From: Thalia democratica
Taxonomy: Eukaryota
Reading direction: 5' to 3'
Assembly: GCA_965202585.1 (NCBI GenBank)
Contig: OZ241834.1
Location: forward strand, 13,392,001 to 13,456,000
Length of the DNA: 64,000 nt
The position numbers and the translations under genes are program-made. This document shows, piece after piece, positions 12,093 to 24,877 of the stretch; within the stretch, counting starts at the first letter, position 1, and each line of letters starts with the position of its first letter. Under the pieces are notes generated by a model that had not been told where the DNA came from, searched no databases, and saw only the letters and a program-made list of their open reading frames with translations.

Positions 12093-12944
12093 GGTTATCT
12101 ATATTTCTTTTTTGTAATGGTAAAAGTTTGATCCTAAGTGGATTTTTTTTTTTATTACAACTATATTTCCTATTCTTTTTAGGCCTTTACTATAGTTGGT
12201 ATTAAATTTAAACTTAATACGGCTCCATGCTATTTTCTATTGCACTTTGTTTTATAAATATGAACACATGCAAAAGTTTATGTTCTAATTCGTTTATGGT
12301 GACAATAAAAACTAACTGTTAAGTTAAACGTAAAATATTTTAATTATGTTTGTGATTTGTTTTATGCTTTAAGCATTTATTGAAGTCGATGAATTATTTA
12401 TTGTGCATAACAAAAATACAGTAAATAAAAAAATAAAAAATAATAAATAATAAAGTTAGTAAAAAATACATAACAGTTAATTTTAATGTTGCTTTCATGG
12501 ATATCAAAATATTGAAACTAAGTTTATGTGTATGTAGCTTGATTTTTTTTTTCAGCAAGACACTCGTTTTTTTGTTCGCTTTTATATCAAACTATTCTTA
12601 ATTAAAAATGTATTTGTTTACTAACACATTAAAAATATTGTTCAAACTAAGTTTACTAAATAAGTAATAATATAATAAGTGTTTATTATTTATAAACTTG
12701 TGTTGTATTTTCATTACATGCAGCTCAAATCTTTAGGACTCCAATTATTAAAATATTCGGACTCGGATTCGGTCAAATTCAAATTTCAAAATTGAATTTT
12801 GCATTTGGCCGAATCCTAATTTGAAAATAAGATTCAAATAATTATAAAAATTTTTGATTAGGTAGATCACTACTTTTTACATCAATTTTTGAGTCTTGTC
12901 AATGTTTTGTTTGTACTTGTGTTTAAATTTTTTTATAAATAAAA

Positions 12945-13055
12945 TTGTGCAAAAGTGTCTTCTTGCAATTTTGTCCCTTTGTGCAAAAGTATTTTCGTGA
13001 GTTTTGTGTGCCCTCGTGCAATTTTGTCCCCTCGTGCAAATTTGACAGCTACCCA
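12945..13055 (-). repeat. ~17-bp minisatellite-bearing element end (TTTTGCACGAG family)
   Basis: Minus strand GGGTAGCTGTCAAATTTGCACGAGGGGACAAAATTGCACGAGG...; related arrays at 43776 and 60005. Confidence 0.6.
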
Positions 13056-13441
13056 AATTTTTCGATAAGTTATAATTTCATTTGTATTCTGTTTTTTTAT
13101 TTGTTTGCATTAATTATAATAAATTAACTAGTACATTTTAACCAGCTGTACACAGATAAGTTTGGAAGTTTTAAATACGAAACATGTAACTTTTTTTCTA
13201 TATCTTTATGCATAACAAAAGTTTAAAGTATCATTTTATTATTATTGTTAAACTGCAGTTGACTATTTTGTAAATTGTTTGAAAAGTCAAACTTTTTCTC
13301 ACCGAAACAGGTCACAAATGAAATAGTAACTTTTAACTTACATTTTTTATACTTATACCTTCTAAAATTTAATAAACAGTATCTATATATGTTCAAAAAC
13401 TATATGAAGTACAGTGCTCAATATATAAGAGCTTAATTATC

Positions 13442-13688
13442 AAAATATGTTTTATTCAACAATTGTCAACTTAAGCTTACGCCGTTTAACCTAGAAGGAT
13501 CTTCAGAGTTTTTTTAAATGACAATAAAATTGTCACTGTACTTAATATAGTTTTATAACATATGTATTATAGCTCCTTTTAGAAGGGCACTCTATTGGAA
13601 TTTTTTTGTCAATTAAAAAAGCTTTTAAGATCCTTCTAGGTGAAACAGCGTAAGCTTAAGTTGACAATTGTTGAATAATACATATTTT
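13442..13688. mobile_element. Fold-back MITE, ~60-bp TIRs
   Basis: AAAATATGTTTTATTCAACAATTGTCAACTTAAGCTTACGC...CTAGAAGGATCTT is mirrored at ~13627..13688. Confidence 0.75.
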
Positions 13689-14027
13689 AATAAACAGTTT
13701 TTATGTATAATTTTTTTATAAATATTTTAATTCCTTACTTATTAAAAAAAAAATTAAAATAAAACTACCGAAGCAGTTTATATTATCAATAGCTTTTTTT
13801 TATAAAAACATGTAACTAGCTACTTGCAAAGTAAACAAAAAAAAAAGTTATAACTTATAGAAATTTAATTAAACTATAACAACAATTAACCATTTAAAAA
13901 AGTTAAACAAATAATATTGTGTAGTAAACATGAAAACTGACAATAATAATTGTAGTAAAAAATAACAAAATAATTAAATTTAATTTATGTTAACTTTGTA
14001 ATATGTTAAACTAATAATAAACTTTAC

Positions 14028-14160
14028 CGTACGACCAACAACATCCGAGACAACCTACGATTGGTTTCGTCCATATTAGGACTCATCAAGAAGGCATAGT
14101 TGAGAAACCGCTATTGAGGTCTAACCAAGCAGGCTAAAAAGCATAAGCATTAAAACTCTC
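14028..14160 (-). mobile_element. Hammerhead-bearing short repeat (family B), HHR at 14054..14094, degenerate core
   Basis: Minus strand CCTTC-TTGATGA-GTCCT-AATAT-GGAC-GAAA-C-CA-ATC-GTAGG; homologous to 54350..54475 over ~130 bp. Confidence 0.7.
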
Positions 14161-14384
14161 GTTAATAGATAAAATTGAAAAAATTAGTCTAAAGTAGCAT
14201 CTAGTAATTAAAAGACTTTAATTAGGTAACTTAGTATTTAGTTATGACTAGTAGTAACAATAAATTTAGTGATCCACAATCTCAGTTTGGTTACGAACTG
14301 TCTAACTTTAAATGTATTTCATATATTATTAATGCTATATATCGGAAATTTTTAAATTGACACTATTACAACTAAAATTCGGAA

Positions 14385-14838
14385 AAATGAATTCGGAAAA
14401 ATGTTGGTTAGTAAACATTTTAAAATATAACTTTAAATAATGACGTATGAATAAATTTAAATAAATACAAACTTTAGTGATTTAGCAAGTAAAAATAAAG
14501 TAAACATATGTTTATTAATAAATTGCATTTTTGATCAGCGCAATATTTGAACATCTTTTTAATTGCACACACTGTCTTTAAAGTTTTGAAACGACGTTAA
14601 CAAAGCTAACTCTACAGCCTGGAATCAATATTGATTGAGGAAGACCGACCTAAGCTAAATACGCACATAGCATTAAATTGAAAAGCAAAATTATCAAAAA
14701 TTTATTGATTAACATATCTAAACTTTAGTTTTACCTACTAAATCTCTAAAGCTTATATTTATTTGAATTTATTCATACGTCATAATTTAAACTTATTTTT
14801 TAAACTGTATACTAACCAAAATTTTTCCAAAATCATTT
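14385..14838. mobile_element. Decayed fold-back MITE
   Basis: GGAAAAATGTTGGTTAGTA...TGACGTATGAATAAATT is mirrored by AATTTATTCATACGTCA...TACTAACCAAAATTTTTCC. Confidence 0.6.
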
Positions 14839-15429
14839 AAAATTTATCACTTGAAAATGAAACTAGTATAGTTTTGAAAAGCTTTGTGAAAAAAATAAAA
14901 AGAGTAATCTGTTAATAATAAGTTGCAAATGGTATATAAATACGTTTAATTACCTTCCTATAATAGTAATTGATAGTTTATTCAATAAGTGTCAAAATAT
15001 AATATAGTCGTAGTTTTTAGTAAAATTATTTTTGTTAGAAAAATAAAGAAGGTTTTAAACTATCACCAATAATAAAAATAAAGATAGTAAAAACAATATG
15101 TTTACCAGTTGTTTGCTATGAAGACGAACCTAAACTTTTATAGCTGGTTTTAAAATTAGTGATCCAACGGATCTACTAAATAGGATCCCAGCAAAAAAAA
15201 GGATCTTGAAGATTACTAGTTCGAGTAGAACACGAGAATTTTATTACAAAATTAAAAAACTGCTTATAATTTGTCAAATGATTTGTTTTTAATTGAACCT
15301 TTAAAGTTTTTAGATTATTAGATTTCGTTCCTTTTAATTAAACCTTATTGTAACTGATTTAAAGGAAAAATATGAAAACATGTTCTTTATTTTCAAAAAT
15401 GTCTAAAACTTATTTTGATTAATTACTAG

Positions 15430-15547
15430 TTTATTGAACGACAAAAAAAAAAACTCTCAAAATATTTGGTCCTATGACCTTGTGCACAAAAAACCTTTAG
15501 ATTATCGAGTCGCACACCACGGATACCTGCGAAGTCTTGTCCAGGAA
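15430..15547 (-). repeat. Structured ~120-nt SINE-like element
   Basis: Minus strand TTCCTGGACAAGAC...GGTATCCGTGGTGTGCGACTCGATAA...GGACCAAATATTTTGAG...TCGTTCAATAAAC. Confidence 0.75.
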
Positions 15548-17502
15548 ATATAATGAAAATATTTATTGAAAAATTTATACAGTTACTAACTAAATAACTT
15601 TTTTGATAAGTATGCTTAAACGAATGTTTTTTAATCATGAATCTTCAACTTGAATTGACTCCTTTGTTTAACCTGTTTCAACCACATATTTTAAATCATT
15701 TATTTATACACATAAGTTCATAGAGTGAGACAATTTTTGAGTAAATTAAAATATATAAAAATTACTAAAACATATTATTGGTAATTTAGTAATAATTTTA
15801 TGAACACATTATAATAAAACAATAATTTAACATTTGAATAGACACTTTACTCATTTAAAAAGTGTTTTACTATACAACTACAAAAACACTCTAACATTTA
15901 ATAAAAAATCAGCTACCTTTTTAAAAAAGATTTGACAAGCCCCTGAAACAAACTCAAGTATAGTTTGTTTTTAATGGTACAAAAGTTAAACAATCAAGAC
16001 AGATAATTACATCTACAGTCTTATACAAAGACTCTCGTTATGTTTAAACAAAGTCTTTTTTTATTTGTATACTAAATTGCCTCTTTAGCAAGTTTAAACA
16101 AGTTGTCTTCCATGATAGACTGAAAAAAATATACATTTTATTTAGCTTTAGAGCAACTAAATCTTAAGCAGTATTTCTAATGGGTTTTAGTATTATTACA
16201 ACTTTTAGTTGCATTAGTTTTTTTATTAGGCTAACGTAAATAATGTGAATTTTTTGCTATTTAGGTGTTTTACAGTATGTACAATTCCACTATTTTTTTT
16301 AAACAGCACGGCTTAATTTATAGCAGGTCATAATTATATTACTTGTTTAATTTCTTTAATATGAAAGACAAGCTTTAATATTTCTAATAGCTTTTCTGTG
16401 TATGTTTGCCATCAATTCAATAACAGACGTATGCCATTCCTTAACTAACATCTTTGTGTGATACCCTGTTTAAAGTTTTAAAGTAAACAGTCTTACTATC
16501 AAGTATGATTTATTATGATCTTTTTTTGAAGAGTTTTGAACCCTTTTTCATTTTTTACTCAGAAATGTCATTAAATCATCTATTACGTTACTTTTCAGCT
16601 CTACAATAAAATAATAAATTTTTCTACTTCATCTTAACCTGTTGAAAGTTTAAGTTTTTAACATCGAAAACTTGATCAATCTTTTTTTTTGTAAACTTAT
16701 AATCTAAATAAGTAGCTTTTGTCTTTTCCAAAGTTCATCGTTATTCCTTGTAAAGTGTTTTAATCACACTAGGCTTACTTTACATATCCGAAAATTAGAT
16801 TGGGTTTTGATTACATTGGTTCAGTTTAGATGGTTGAAAGTTCTAACATGTTTTTTTTTGTGTTTTTGTTGCAAACAATTGCATTAAATGACTAACATTT
16901 CTTTAACTTAAGTACACTCATTCACCTCTATCTATATATTTTATCAAAAAAATTGCATAGTTAAATGATAAGCCGAAATTACTTATAAAATGTAAAACTT
17001 TTATTAGTTGGACTTATTTAGTTTATTTTTATTTACATTGAAATTATAACTTTTTTTAATTTTTTTTGTGCCCGTCTACAATGTTATTTTAATTATATTT
17101 AAAGTTAAATAAGTTATAACTTAACTAACATTATTAAGTTTATTGAATTTTAGTTTTGCATACTTATTTTGTTTTACAACAACATATATTTTAAAAGTAA
17201 TAAATTTAGTACTGATATCCGATAAAAACTATGCACCTAAGTACGCACTCCGAACACAGCCAAAAAGTTCGTACTCAGCTAGAAGTGCTATAGAATTTTT
17301 AGCGTAAAATTTTGTACATTAAGCTAATCGAAATATGTTTAAAAACACTAATGATACAAGAAGATCAAAAGATCTCCTAATTCAAATAATAAACATTCAA
17401 CATAAACATTTTTTTTACTAATTAGTTGAATGATTAAATTTTTTGATATAAGTTTTTAATTAATAAACAGCCCTGTAACATATTTGTATTTATAGATGTA
17501 TA

Positions 17503-17716
17503 TGAAAGCATGATAAACCGTTTGTAGTTGACGACTACAAGTTTTTCGGCTGTGACTGACTTATGAGTCCTAATAAGGACGAAACCTGTCTCAGTCTACC
17601 GAAACTTGTGGTCTGATGATCGAATTGGCATGATCAACCCTTTTGTTAAACTTGAGCTTGTCTCACGGCTAACGAAAGTCCGGACTTCTGTTCTGCAGAC
17701 TTTCGCCGATGTTTTT
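17503..17716 (+). mobile_element. HHR family A copy, ribozyme at 17554..17596
   Basis: GACTGA-CTTATGA-GTCCT-AATA-AGGAC-GAAA-C-CT-GTC-TCAGTC (core G5->T), followed by the same downstream ~120 bp as 531..640. Confidence 0.8.
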
Positions 17717-19859
17717 TGTAGATTGTATTTTAGTTACTAATTAATAAAATAACTTAGGAAAGAGTTTTTACCATTAGTTTACTTTATGTATGTGATGTTT
17801 ATAATATTTTTAGAAAAATATATACATTGAGGTTAGGTTACGTTTCTAAAAAGCTTTTTTAAAAACGTGTACAGCATAATTTTTTATTTCCAATTTCACA
17901 AATATTAAAAAAAACTTCATTGTGTCACTATTTAGTCTATAAAACAATAAAGTTACTGCCAGATAAAAAACCAACTTACTTTTACAAATTTGTCTTGTAA
18001 GGCATATAATTAAAAGTAAACTTCGCTGTTCGTAATTTGGTTAAAAAAAATGTTTTAATAACACTTTTTGTACAATTTTAATATTCATATATAAATCGTA
18101 AGATATTTTAAAGTGAAATTCATAGTTAATCATTTTCAAACTACCAAAAATTTAATAAAACTTTGTACATATATTTTATATATAAATTTCACTGTTGATT
18201 ATTTTTTTAAATTTTTAAGGAGTCTAATATATGTTTCTTAGTTTTTTTACATATCGTTTTTATTTTTTAGTTATTTTCATTAAATAAAAATAACTCAAGC
18301 TAAAAGGTAGTATTTTAATTAATACCTACTGATAACTTTTTTTTAAAGAATGATATAAGCTTGCATGTTAAACACAGCCTTTTTTGACTATAAAGTGCGT
18401 AATCAATTAGAAGATAACTGTACTTCAAGGAGCAGATAATATAAAATAAAATTTTTATATAAAAATGTTTTTATAAATATTAATACAGCCGTATATGAAA
18501 ATACATTAAATAACTGTATAGTTATTAATTTAATAAAACTATCTGTTTCGGAAATATTAAAAAATTTATAAAGTATTTTTACGATTTATACAACCTATCA
18601 AAAATACTTTACTTTATTACTTTGAAAATACGATAAACTAGTAAAAATAATAAATAAAAAGCAATTAATTGAATTTATAAATTTGACTATTCAAAAATTA
18701 TCTTGGTCGTTTATTTGATAATTTTGAACTTTATTTAAATAATATTATTATATACTAGCTTTATTTCCAACAAAGTAGTATTTTTTATTATTTTAAAATA
18801 AAATTTGACAAGAAGAGTATGTCACATTTTTGAGCTTTCACTAATCCACTTTAATCAAGGCATTTCAAAATTTAAAAAACTATTGTTAACAAAAATTAGT
18901 TGTAGTAATTTTTACTTAAATAAAATAATCATTTGTTCATATGTTATTGTTGTTTTTTATTAATAAGTAGCTAAAGCTTGAATTACTTCCATGCAAAGTC
19001 TAATTCTAATACTAGTGTATTTTTTAAACATGCTATGATTTTCTATAAAGGCATCATAAAGTATTTACACTTTTTGTCTTTTCATATAAGTATATATTTT
19101 AAACATTCTGTAATATTTATACATCTTTAAACATTTCTATTTAAATTATTATGGTATAATGTTTTGTTTTTTGTTTGAATTTTGAGTTTAGTATGAGTAA
19201 TAGTGACCTTTTTTTTTTAATTTTACTGTTCTAAATATTTCAAGTGTTCTCAGTAGCAAACAAAAACGCAAAACTGTGTCGTCTCGTATCCCAGCTCTAA
19301 ACGAGCATTTCTACACTAACACAACCATAACCTTTTTCAACCACTTACAGCAACGAAGAAGTATAGAGCGATACGAAAAAGGACAGTTATGACATCAAGT
19401 CAACGCAGATCAAAGTCAATTCAACGGAAATTAGAACTATGCTTAACATATGCAAACAAGACGAAATTTTATTTTTGGATAAACTAACCAACAACCAAGG
19501 TGCTGTAAACAATGTGTATGACAAAACTAGTAAACTGTTAAAGAAGACAAGCTGTTGAAAGTAGCAAAAAAGTCAGAAAAGTCTTGTTCTTGAGATTTTT
19601 TTTTGAGCATAAAAACGATCTAGTTTTATCCGTCCTATATATAAAAAAAACTGTTACTAGCCGGGATCGGCTATTCGTAATTGTGCATAGAGAATAAAAA
19701 TAAATGGTAATAAGAAATTAGAAAGCACAGTGATGCAATAAATAAAACAAACAGACAATAAATAAAAATACAAACAAATAAAATATAAACAATAAAGTTC
19801 ATTTTGCTTCTCAACTCTTAATCTACTTCGGTTTATCAAAGTACTCTTTTTATCTTTTT

Positions 19860-20900
19860 TCAGTCTTATGTGTACAGTAGATCTCTAGTTGGCGCTGTCA
19901 TTTGCAAGCAACTCTAACTCATCACATTTTATAGTCAAGCTTTTTAGGTCGCGCTTACATAAGTCTTTAAAATGTAGTTTTGGACGACCTCGAATGCGTT
20001 TGCCAACGACCAACTCGCCAAACAATAGAGACTTTGAGATTCGCTCAGCCTACATCCTTAGAACATGACCGAGCCAGCGAAGACTGCGCTGACTGAGGGT
20101 AAAGTACATGGTGGTAAGACTAGTACGTCTAAACACTTCCTTGTTGGTGATCTTTTGTTGCCCTGCAATTCTAAGGATGCGACAAAGGCATCGTCGGTGA
20201 AAGGTATTAATTTTGTACTTCTAGAAAACTTCAATATTTCACTACCGTATAGCAGAGTATGCATACACAGGACCAATAAACGTAATCCTTTGTGCGATTG
20301 CTTAACTTTAGGTTATCCCAAACTCTTCTAGTCAAACGAGCGAAAGTGCCTGAGGCCTTACCAATGCAACTATTTATTTCTGTGTCCAATTATGCGTTTG
20401 ACGCAACATTTTAGCCAAGGTATACAAAGGTTTTGTATGGAGCTTGATACCAGTTGTTGAGGAACCAAAAGCATACTTTAATAGAATTGAAAAAAAGATT
20501 CTAAACAGAGTTGGAGCAAGTAGCCTTGCTTTACCCCAATTTTGATTTCAAATGGATCAGAGACACTACCATCATATTGGATGGTTGCCCTTGTGTTTGT
20601 GTGAAAAAACTTCACAACCTTAAATAAATTTAAAGCACATTTAATCTTTAGCAGTATAGCAAATAGTCTTTCTCTACTCACTAAGTCAAAGGCTTTAGTA
20701 AGGTCAATAAAAGTGATGTATAAAGGCATGTTCTGTTGATTGCATTTTACTTGTAACTAGCGTACATGTCAGTGGTAAATCTTTTAGACCTAAATTTAAA
20801 TTGAGACTCAGGGTGTACTCTTTTAGACAGCTTCTGGAGTCGAGGAAGAATACTTTTGCAAAAGCTTTACCACCAACCCGTCCTAATGCCAGTCAATAAG
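19860..20900 (-). mobile_element. RTE-clade (BovB-like) non-LTR retrotransposon, 5'-truncated and decayed
   Basis: Translated motifs RLQKLSKRVHPESQF, FIDLTKAFDLVSRERLF, FEIKIGVKQG, LLYGSE, LRWLGHVLRM and GRPKLHFKDLCKRDLK. Confidence 0.85.
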
Positions 20901-22182
20901 AACCAATATAGGTAAAGTTTTTCTTTAATTAGTAGGCAAACATTTTAAAGAAGATCTCAAGCTAAACAAATAATAAGTAGAAGTAATTTCAAAATGTCTA
21001 AGAGCTACATGGATAACATTAAGAAAATAATCCAAAAACATAACTGAAAATACTAAAAATCAAAAACGATGAAGAAAATGAAACGCTTTGCTACTGTCGA
21101 GTAAAAAATAAATATCCCTTATCAAAACTTTATAGAAAAAGAATTAATCAGTTAGAAACCGAGTTATTGAATTAATTAGGTTCTACAGGTGGCGCATTCA
21201 AAAAAAGATGGTATAACCACAACAGTTACTTTAAAACTTACATAGAACTGTCAATAAACATATGGAAACTTTAAAATAACGAATTAGATGTAAAATAGGC
21301 TGGGAAATAGTTCATCACATTGAAAAATTCTACAATCCACATAATATTTGTAGCACTTGTATACTAAAAAAAATTGCGATCTCCAAAGCCCATAGAAGAG
21401 ACAACCAAAAAAAAGCGATAAGAACTTTTCTGTTTTTGTTAAAACTTCAAATAACTATACTTCAAAACTTAATTCTTAAGTTGTCCGTAAAGTAAGTACT
21501 ATGCATGTTTTCAAAAAGTTTTTCTATTACTTTTAAAAAACTAATAAAGTTTTTTAAGTACTTTCAAGCCAAACCTAAAATTTTCATAACTAAAGCTCGT
21601 ATAAGCTTAAAAAATTTCGATAGCTACATCATAATTCAAAAAGTTACTTTAAAATATCTTTTTAGCTTCACACATTTAAACAACTGACCATTTTATAAAA
21701 CTTTTAAGATTCTGCAGAAAACGAGGAGACAACTACTAGGTTTTATTTTTTTTAATTTTTATTTTAACTTTTTTTAGCTATTAATTACTAAGCTGCAACT
21801 TAACTAAAAGTTTTAATTTGCAAAACAACGCAATAGCATTAAACTTTTATTAAACTTTTTAGATTTTTGCTTATTTTCTGTTAAACAGCTCTTAATCTTA
21901 AAACAACCAATTTAATGTAAAATGTCTAAACCTAAAATATGCATGTTTATCAAGAATTATTTCATCTTGTGTCCCTAGTTATTCTTAGAGTTACGATTTA
22001 AACGTTCATCACTAAATCAGTCAATTAACTTTAACCATTAGATAAAAACTTGACTTTGTTTCGTTTTAAAGTTAATATTTGTTTTTATTTGGGTTTATTT
22101 TTGTTAAAATATCAGTATTTTAACTAATCTTTTAAGCTACTTTATTTTCCATGACTTTCAAATGTATTTTTTACATTTAGTT

Positions 22183-22228
22183 CAAGCACTGATGAGCTCT
22201 TTGGACGAAACTTTGCTTGCGTAATAAA
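22183..22228 (+). ncRNA. Minimal hammerhead-like motif followed by AATAAA (family D, Penelope-type 3' end)
   Basis: CAAGCA-CTGATGA-GCTCTTTGGAC-GAAA-CTT-TGCTTG-CGT-AATAAA. Stem I is CAAGCA/TGCTTG; stem II and the cleavage site are degraded. A homolog lies at 54115. Confidence 0.55.
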
Positions 22229-23132
22229 ATAAAAAAAGAATAAAACTGTATTTATTCTCCTTAAATAAATAGAAACCTTTGATTGTTGTTTTTTCAAAAG
22301 ATCAAAAAATAAAATAGTAAACACTTTAATACTTAATTGTAAAAAGTTATTGGATAATAATAAACTACTTTATTACTTTTAAATTTTGTTAATAAAAAAG
22401 TAACATATTTGCTATTTTTTTAAAACTTTGTAGAATTTTTATATTATCGAAGTTTTTTTATTTATTTAATGGTTTATGTACAAAAGCTATAAAGTGTCAT
22501 TTATCATAAAATAAAACAAATTTAAACTAAATTTAAATTTTGCTGTTTTTTTAACGACGCTAAAAGCAGCATTACATAATTAAATATAAAATAAACAGAC
22601 ACATTTAGAGATACATCTACAATGTAACCATCATAGCTTATATGAAACAATATTTTAATGAAAAATCTACTTTTATTTTGTTAAATTTATAAAATTAGAC
22701 AGCAATCATTGTTTTATTATATACAACTTTTCCTTTTGTCTATTTGTTTATTAAAAAATATTACTTTATTGAAAAATTTCTGCTTCTTTTTAAGCCTAAT
22801 TAAAACCTAAAAGTATGAAGTCAGTTGTCTTAATTAAATTATTTATAAATTAAATAACTTTATCAAACCTAACTTCTTAATTAAATTTAATTAAGTGAAT
22901 TAGGTTGTTTAAGTTTAATGATTGTGACTATAAATAACTAATGTTTAAACTAAACTTTTCAATATTTTTTTTTTCAAGTTTTTTATTTTTGAAACACAAA
23001 ACAATAACAAAAAATATTTTGCATAACTAATTTTTTCATTAAGCTTAACGTGTCAAAAAATAAATAAATAGGTAATTAATACTAAAAGCATTTTCAAATA
23101 TTTAGTTTCTTCTTGTATACTAATTTGTATTT

Positions 23133-23255
23133 TGTCCTGGATAAGACGTTAAAAGGTATCTGTGGTATGTAATTTGATAACCGAAAGGTTTTTTCGTACA
23201 CCAGGTCGTTGGATCAAATATTTTGCGCACTACTTTTTGTCATTAAATTAACAAT
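23133..23255 (+). repeat. Structured ~120-nt SINE-like element
   Basis: TGTCCTGGATAAGACGTTAAAAGGTATC...GATAACCGAAAGGTTTTTTCGTACACCAGGTC. Confidence 0.75.
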
Positions 23256-24360
23256 ATAATACAAAACCAGTACAATACAAGTACTTGATAGAAAAAGATT
23301 AATTTTGAAAGTAAAACATAAAAACACAAATAAAAACAGTTACATGACAATTCAAATTCTTTAAAAATGTTCGAGGGGGCACATCTAAAAGTGTTAAATG
23401 TATTTTTTTCAAATGTCTTGTGGTTCTAAACAATTACATTATAAAAATGAAAAAAAGTCTAAAAAAGTAGTTATAAAAACAGTAAGATATTAATTACAAA
23501 AAGTTTTAAAATTTAGTTTAGCCATATCTCAGAAAATAATTTAAACTTTTATAAAATAAGAAACTCTCATGAAAGTCTAATTAATAAGATTGTGGAGGTA
23601 AAGTATATTAGTTTTATAACTAATAAAACGTTTAAAAATAAACCAGGAATATTAATGATATTTAAAATTTGAACAGTCATATTTTGAACAGTCGTGCAAA
23701 CAATAAAATCTAGGCACGCTATTTCGAACTAGGATAAAGTATTAGTCTACGTCAAAGTTAACTGGTCATAGTTTAATACAAAAATTTTATCAAAACATAT
23801 AGAAGTGTATCATAAAGGTTACAAACTATTTTTTAAACAAAAAAAAAGGTGAAGGTTAGGATTAATTTTGCAGGCCTTGTTTTTTAATTGAATAGTTGTA
23901 AACTACACACTGCTCTTATTATTTTTGAAATGTTTATATATTTGCAATAATTTTGTAGTACTACCTAAGTTTTAAAAAAGTCAATACTAATTATGTCTAC
24001 CTAAACTTAAATAAGCTTGTTACTTAGTTTTATTTAGACAAAACTAAAAATTTATCTGTTGCTATTTTAATTACGATTCACCGTTTGTCAACATAACATT
24101 ATTAGCTTTTTAATATTTAATCCTAACAAAAAGTGATCAGTTTTTGTATTAAAACTTGTTAAAAAAAAAAAGACATATGGAACTAGTTCCGAATCAGTAA
24201 ATATATCAATAAAAGGCGAGAGAAATCTTTATTATTTAAAAGTGAAACCAATATTTAATTTGTTAATTTATAAAGAAAGAAGTATTTTATGTCAAATTTA
24301 TAACAAAACTTGGTAGTGTCAAATTTAAAATCATGAGCAAACTTAATAGAAATACTAACA

Positions 24361-24877
24361 CGAAAACCTTTTTAAAACTACATCAGTAATAAACAATTAT
24401 AATAAAATTAATTTTTTTTTTCATTTGCAAATACAAGTACTTAAAACTTTTTAATTTATAATAAGAAACTTAAAACGCTTTTTATTATCTTCATCAAAAA
24501 ATTAAATTTAAAACTCAAGTTACAAGCTTTTGCAAATATGTACTAGTATCAAAATTTTTTTTTTTAGCATTGACTAACGAAGCTAGTATATTTTATGCAA
24601 TTAAACCTTTTTGTTATCCTTTTATTATTATTTTATACAAAGTTTTACAAAAGGATTAATTTCTACTTCAAAATAACCTTTTGCTGAGAATCTATTAACT
24701 GTAGTTGTGACCAGTTATTAAAATAAATTTTTCTAAGTTAAACGAGCATTCAAAGCTGTTACTTTTAAGTTTCTTATTATAAATTAAAAAATTTTAAGTA
24801 CTTGTATTTGCAAATGAAAAAAAAAATTAATTTTATTCTAATTGTTTATTACTGATGTAGTTTTAAAAAGGTTTTCG
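24361..24877. mobile_element. Fold-back element, ~113-bp near-perfect arms
   Basis: CGAAAACCTTTTTAAAACTACATCAGTAATAAACAATT...ATAAGAAACTTAAAA at 24361..24474 is mirrored at ~24763..24877. Confidence 0.8.

Larger units (their letters stand above)
9114..12872 (+). mobile_element. Decayed hAT (Ac/ZBED-like) DNA transposon with nested insertions
   Basis: Left TIR TAGTAATCTACTGAATC, right TIR GATTAGGTAGATCACTA. 8-bp TSD ATTTTTAC / CTTTTTAC. GGATTCGGCCGAATCC subterminal repeats at both ends, and transposase remnants inside. Confidence 0.75.

Noticed and set aside
19655-19676. Helitron 3' end (TAGCCGATCCCGGCTAG on minus strand)
   Set aside because: The hairpin overlaps CTAG instead of lying ~10 nt upstream, and there is no 5' TC end, Rep/Hel remnant or second copy.
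20065-20331. Plus-strand 88-aa ORF
   Set aside because: It is the antisense shadow of the RTE reverse-transcriptase fragment.
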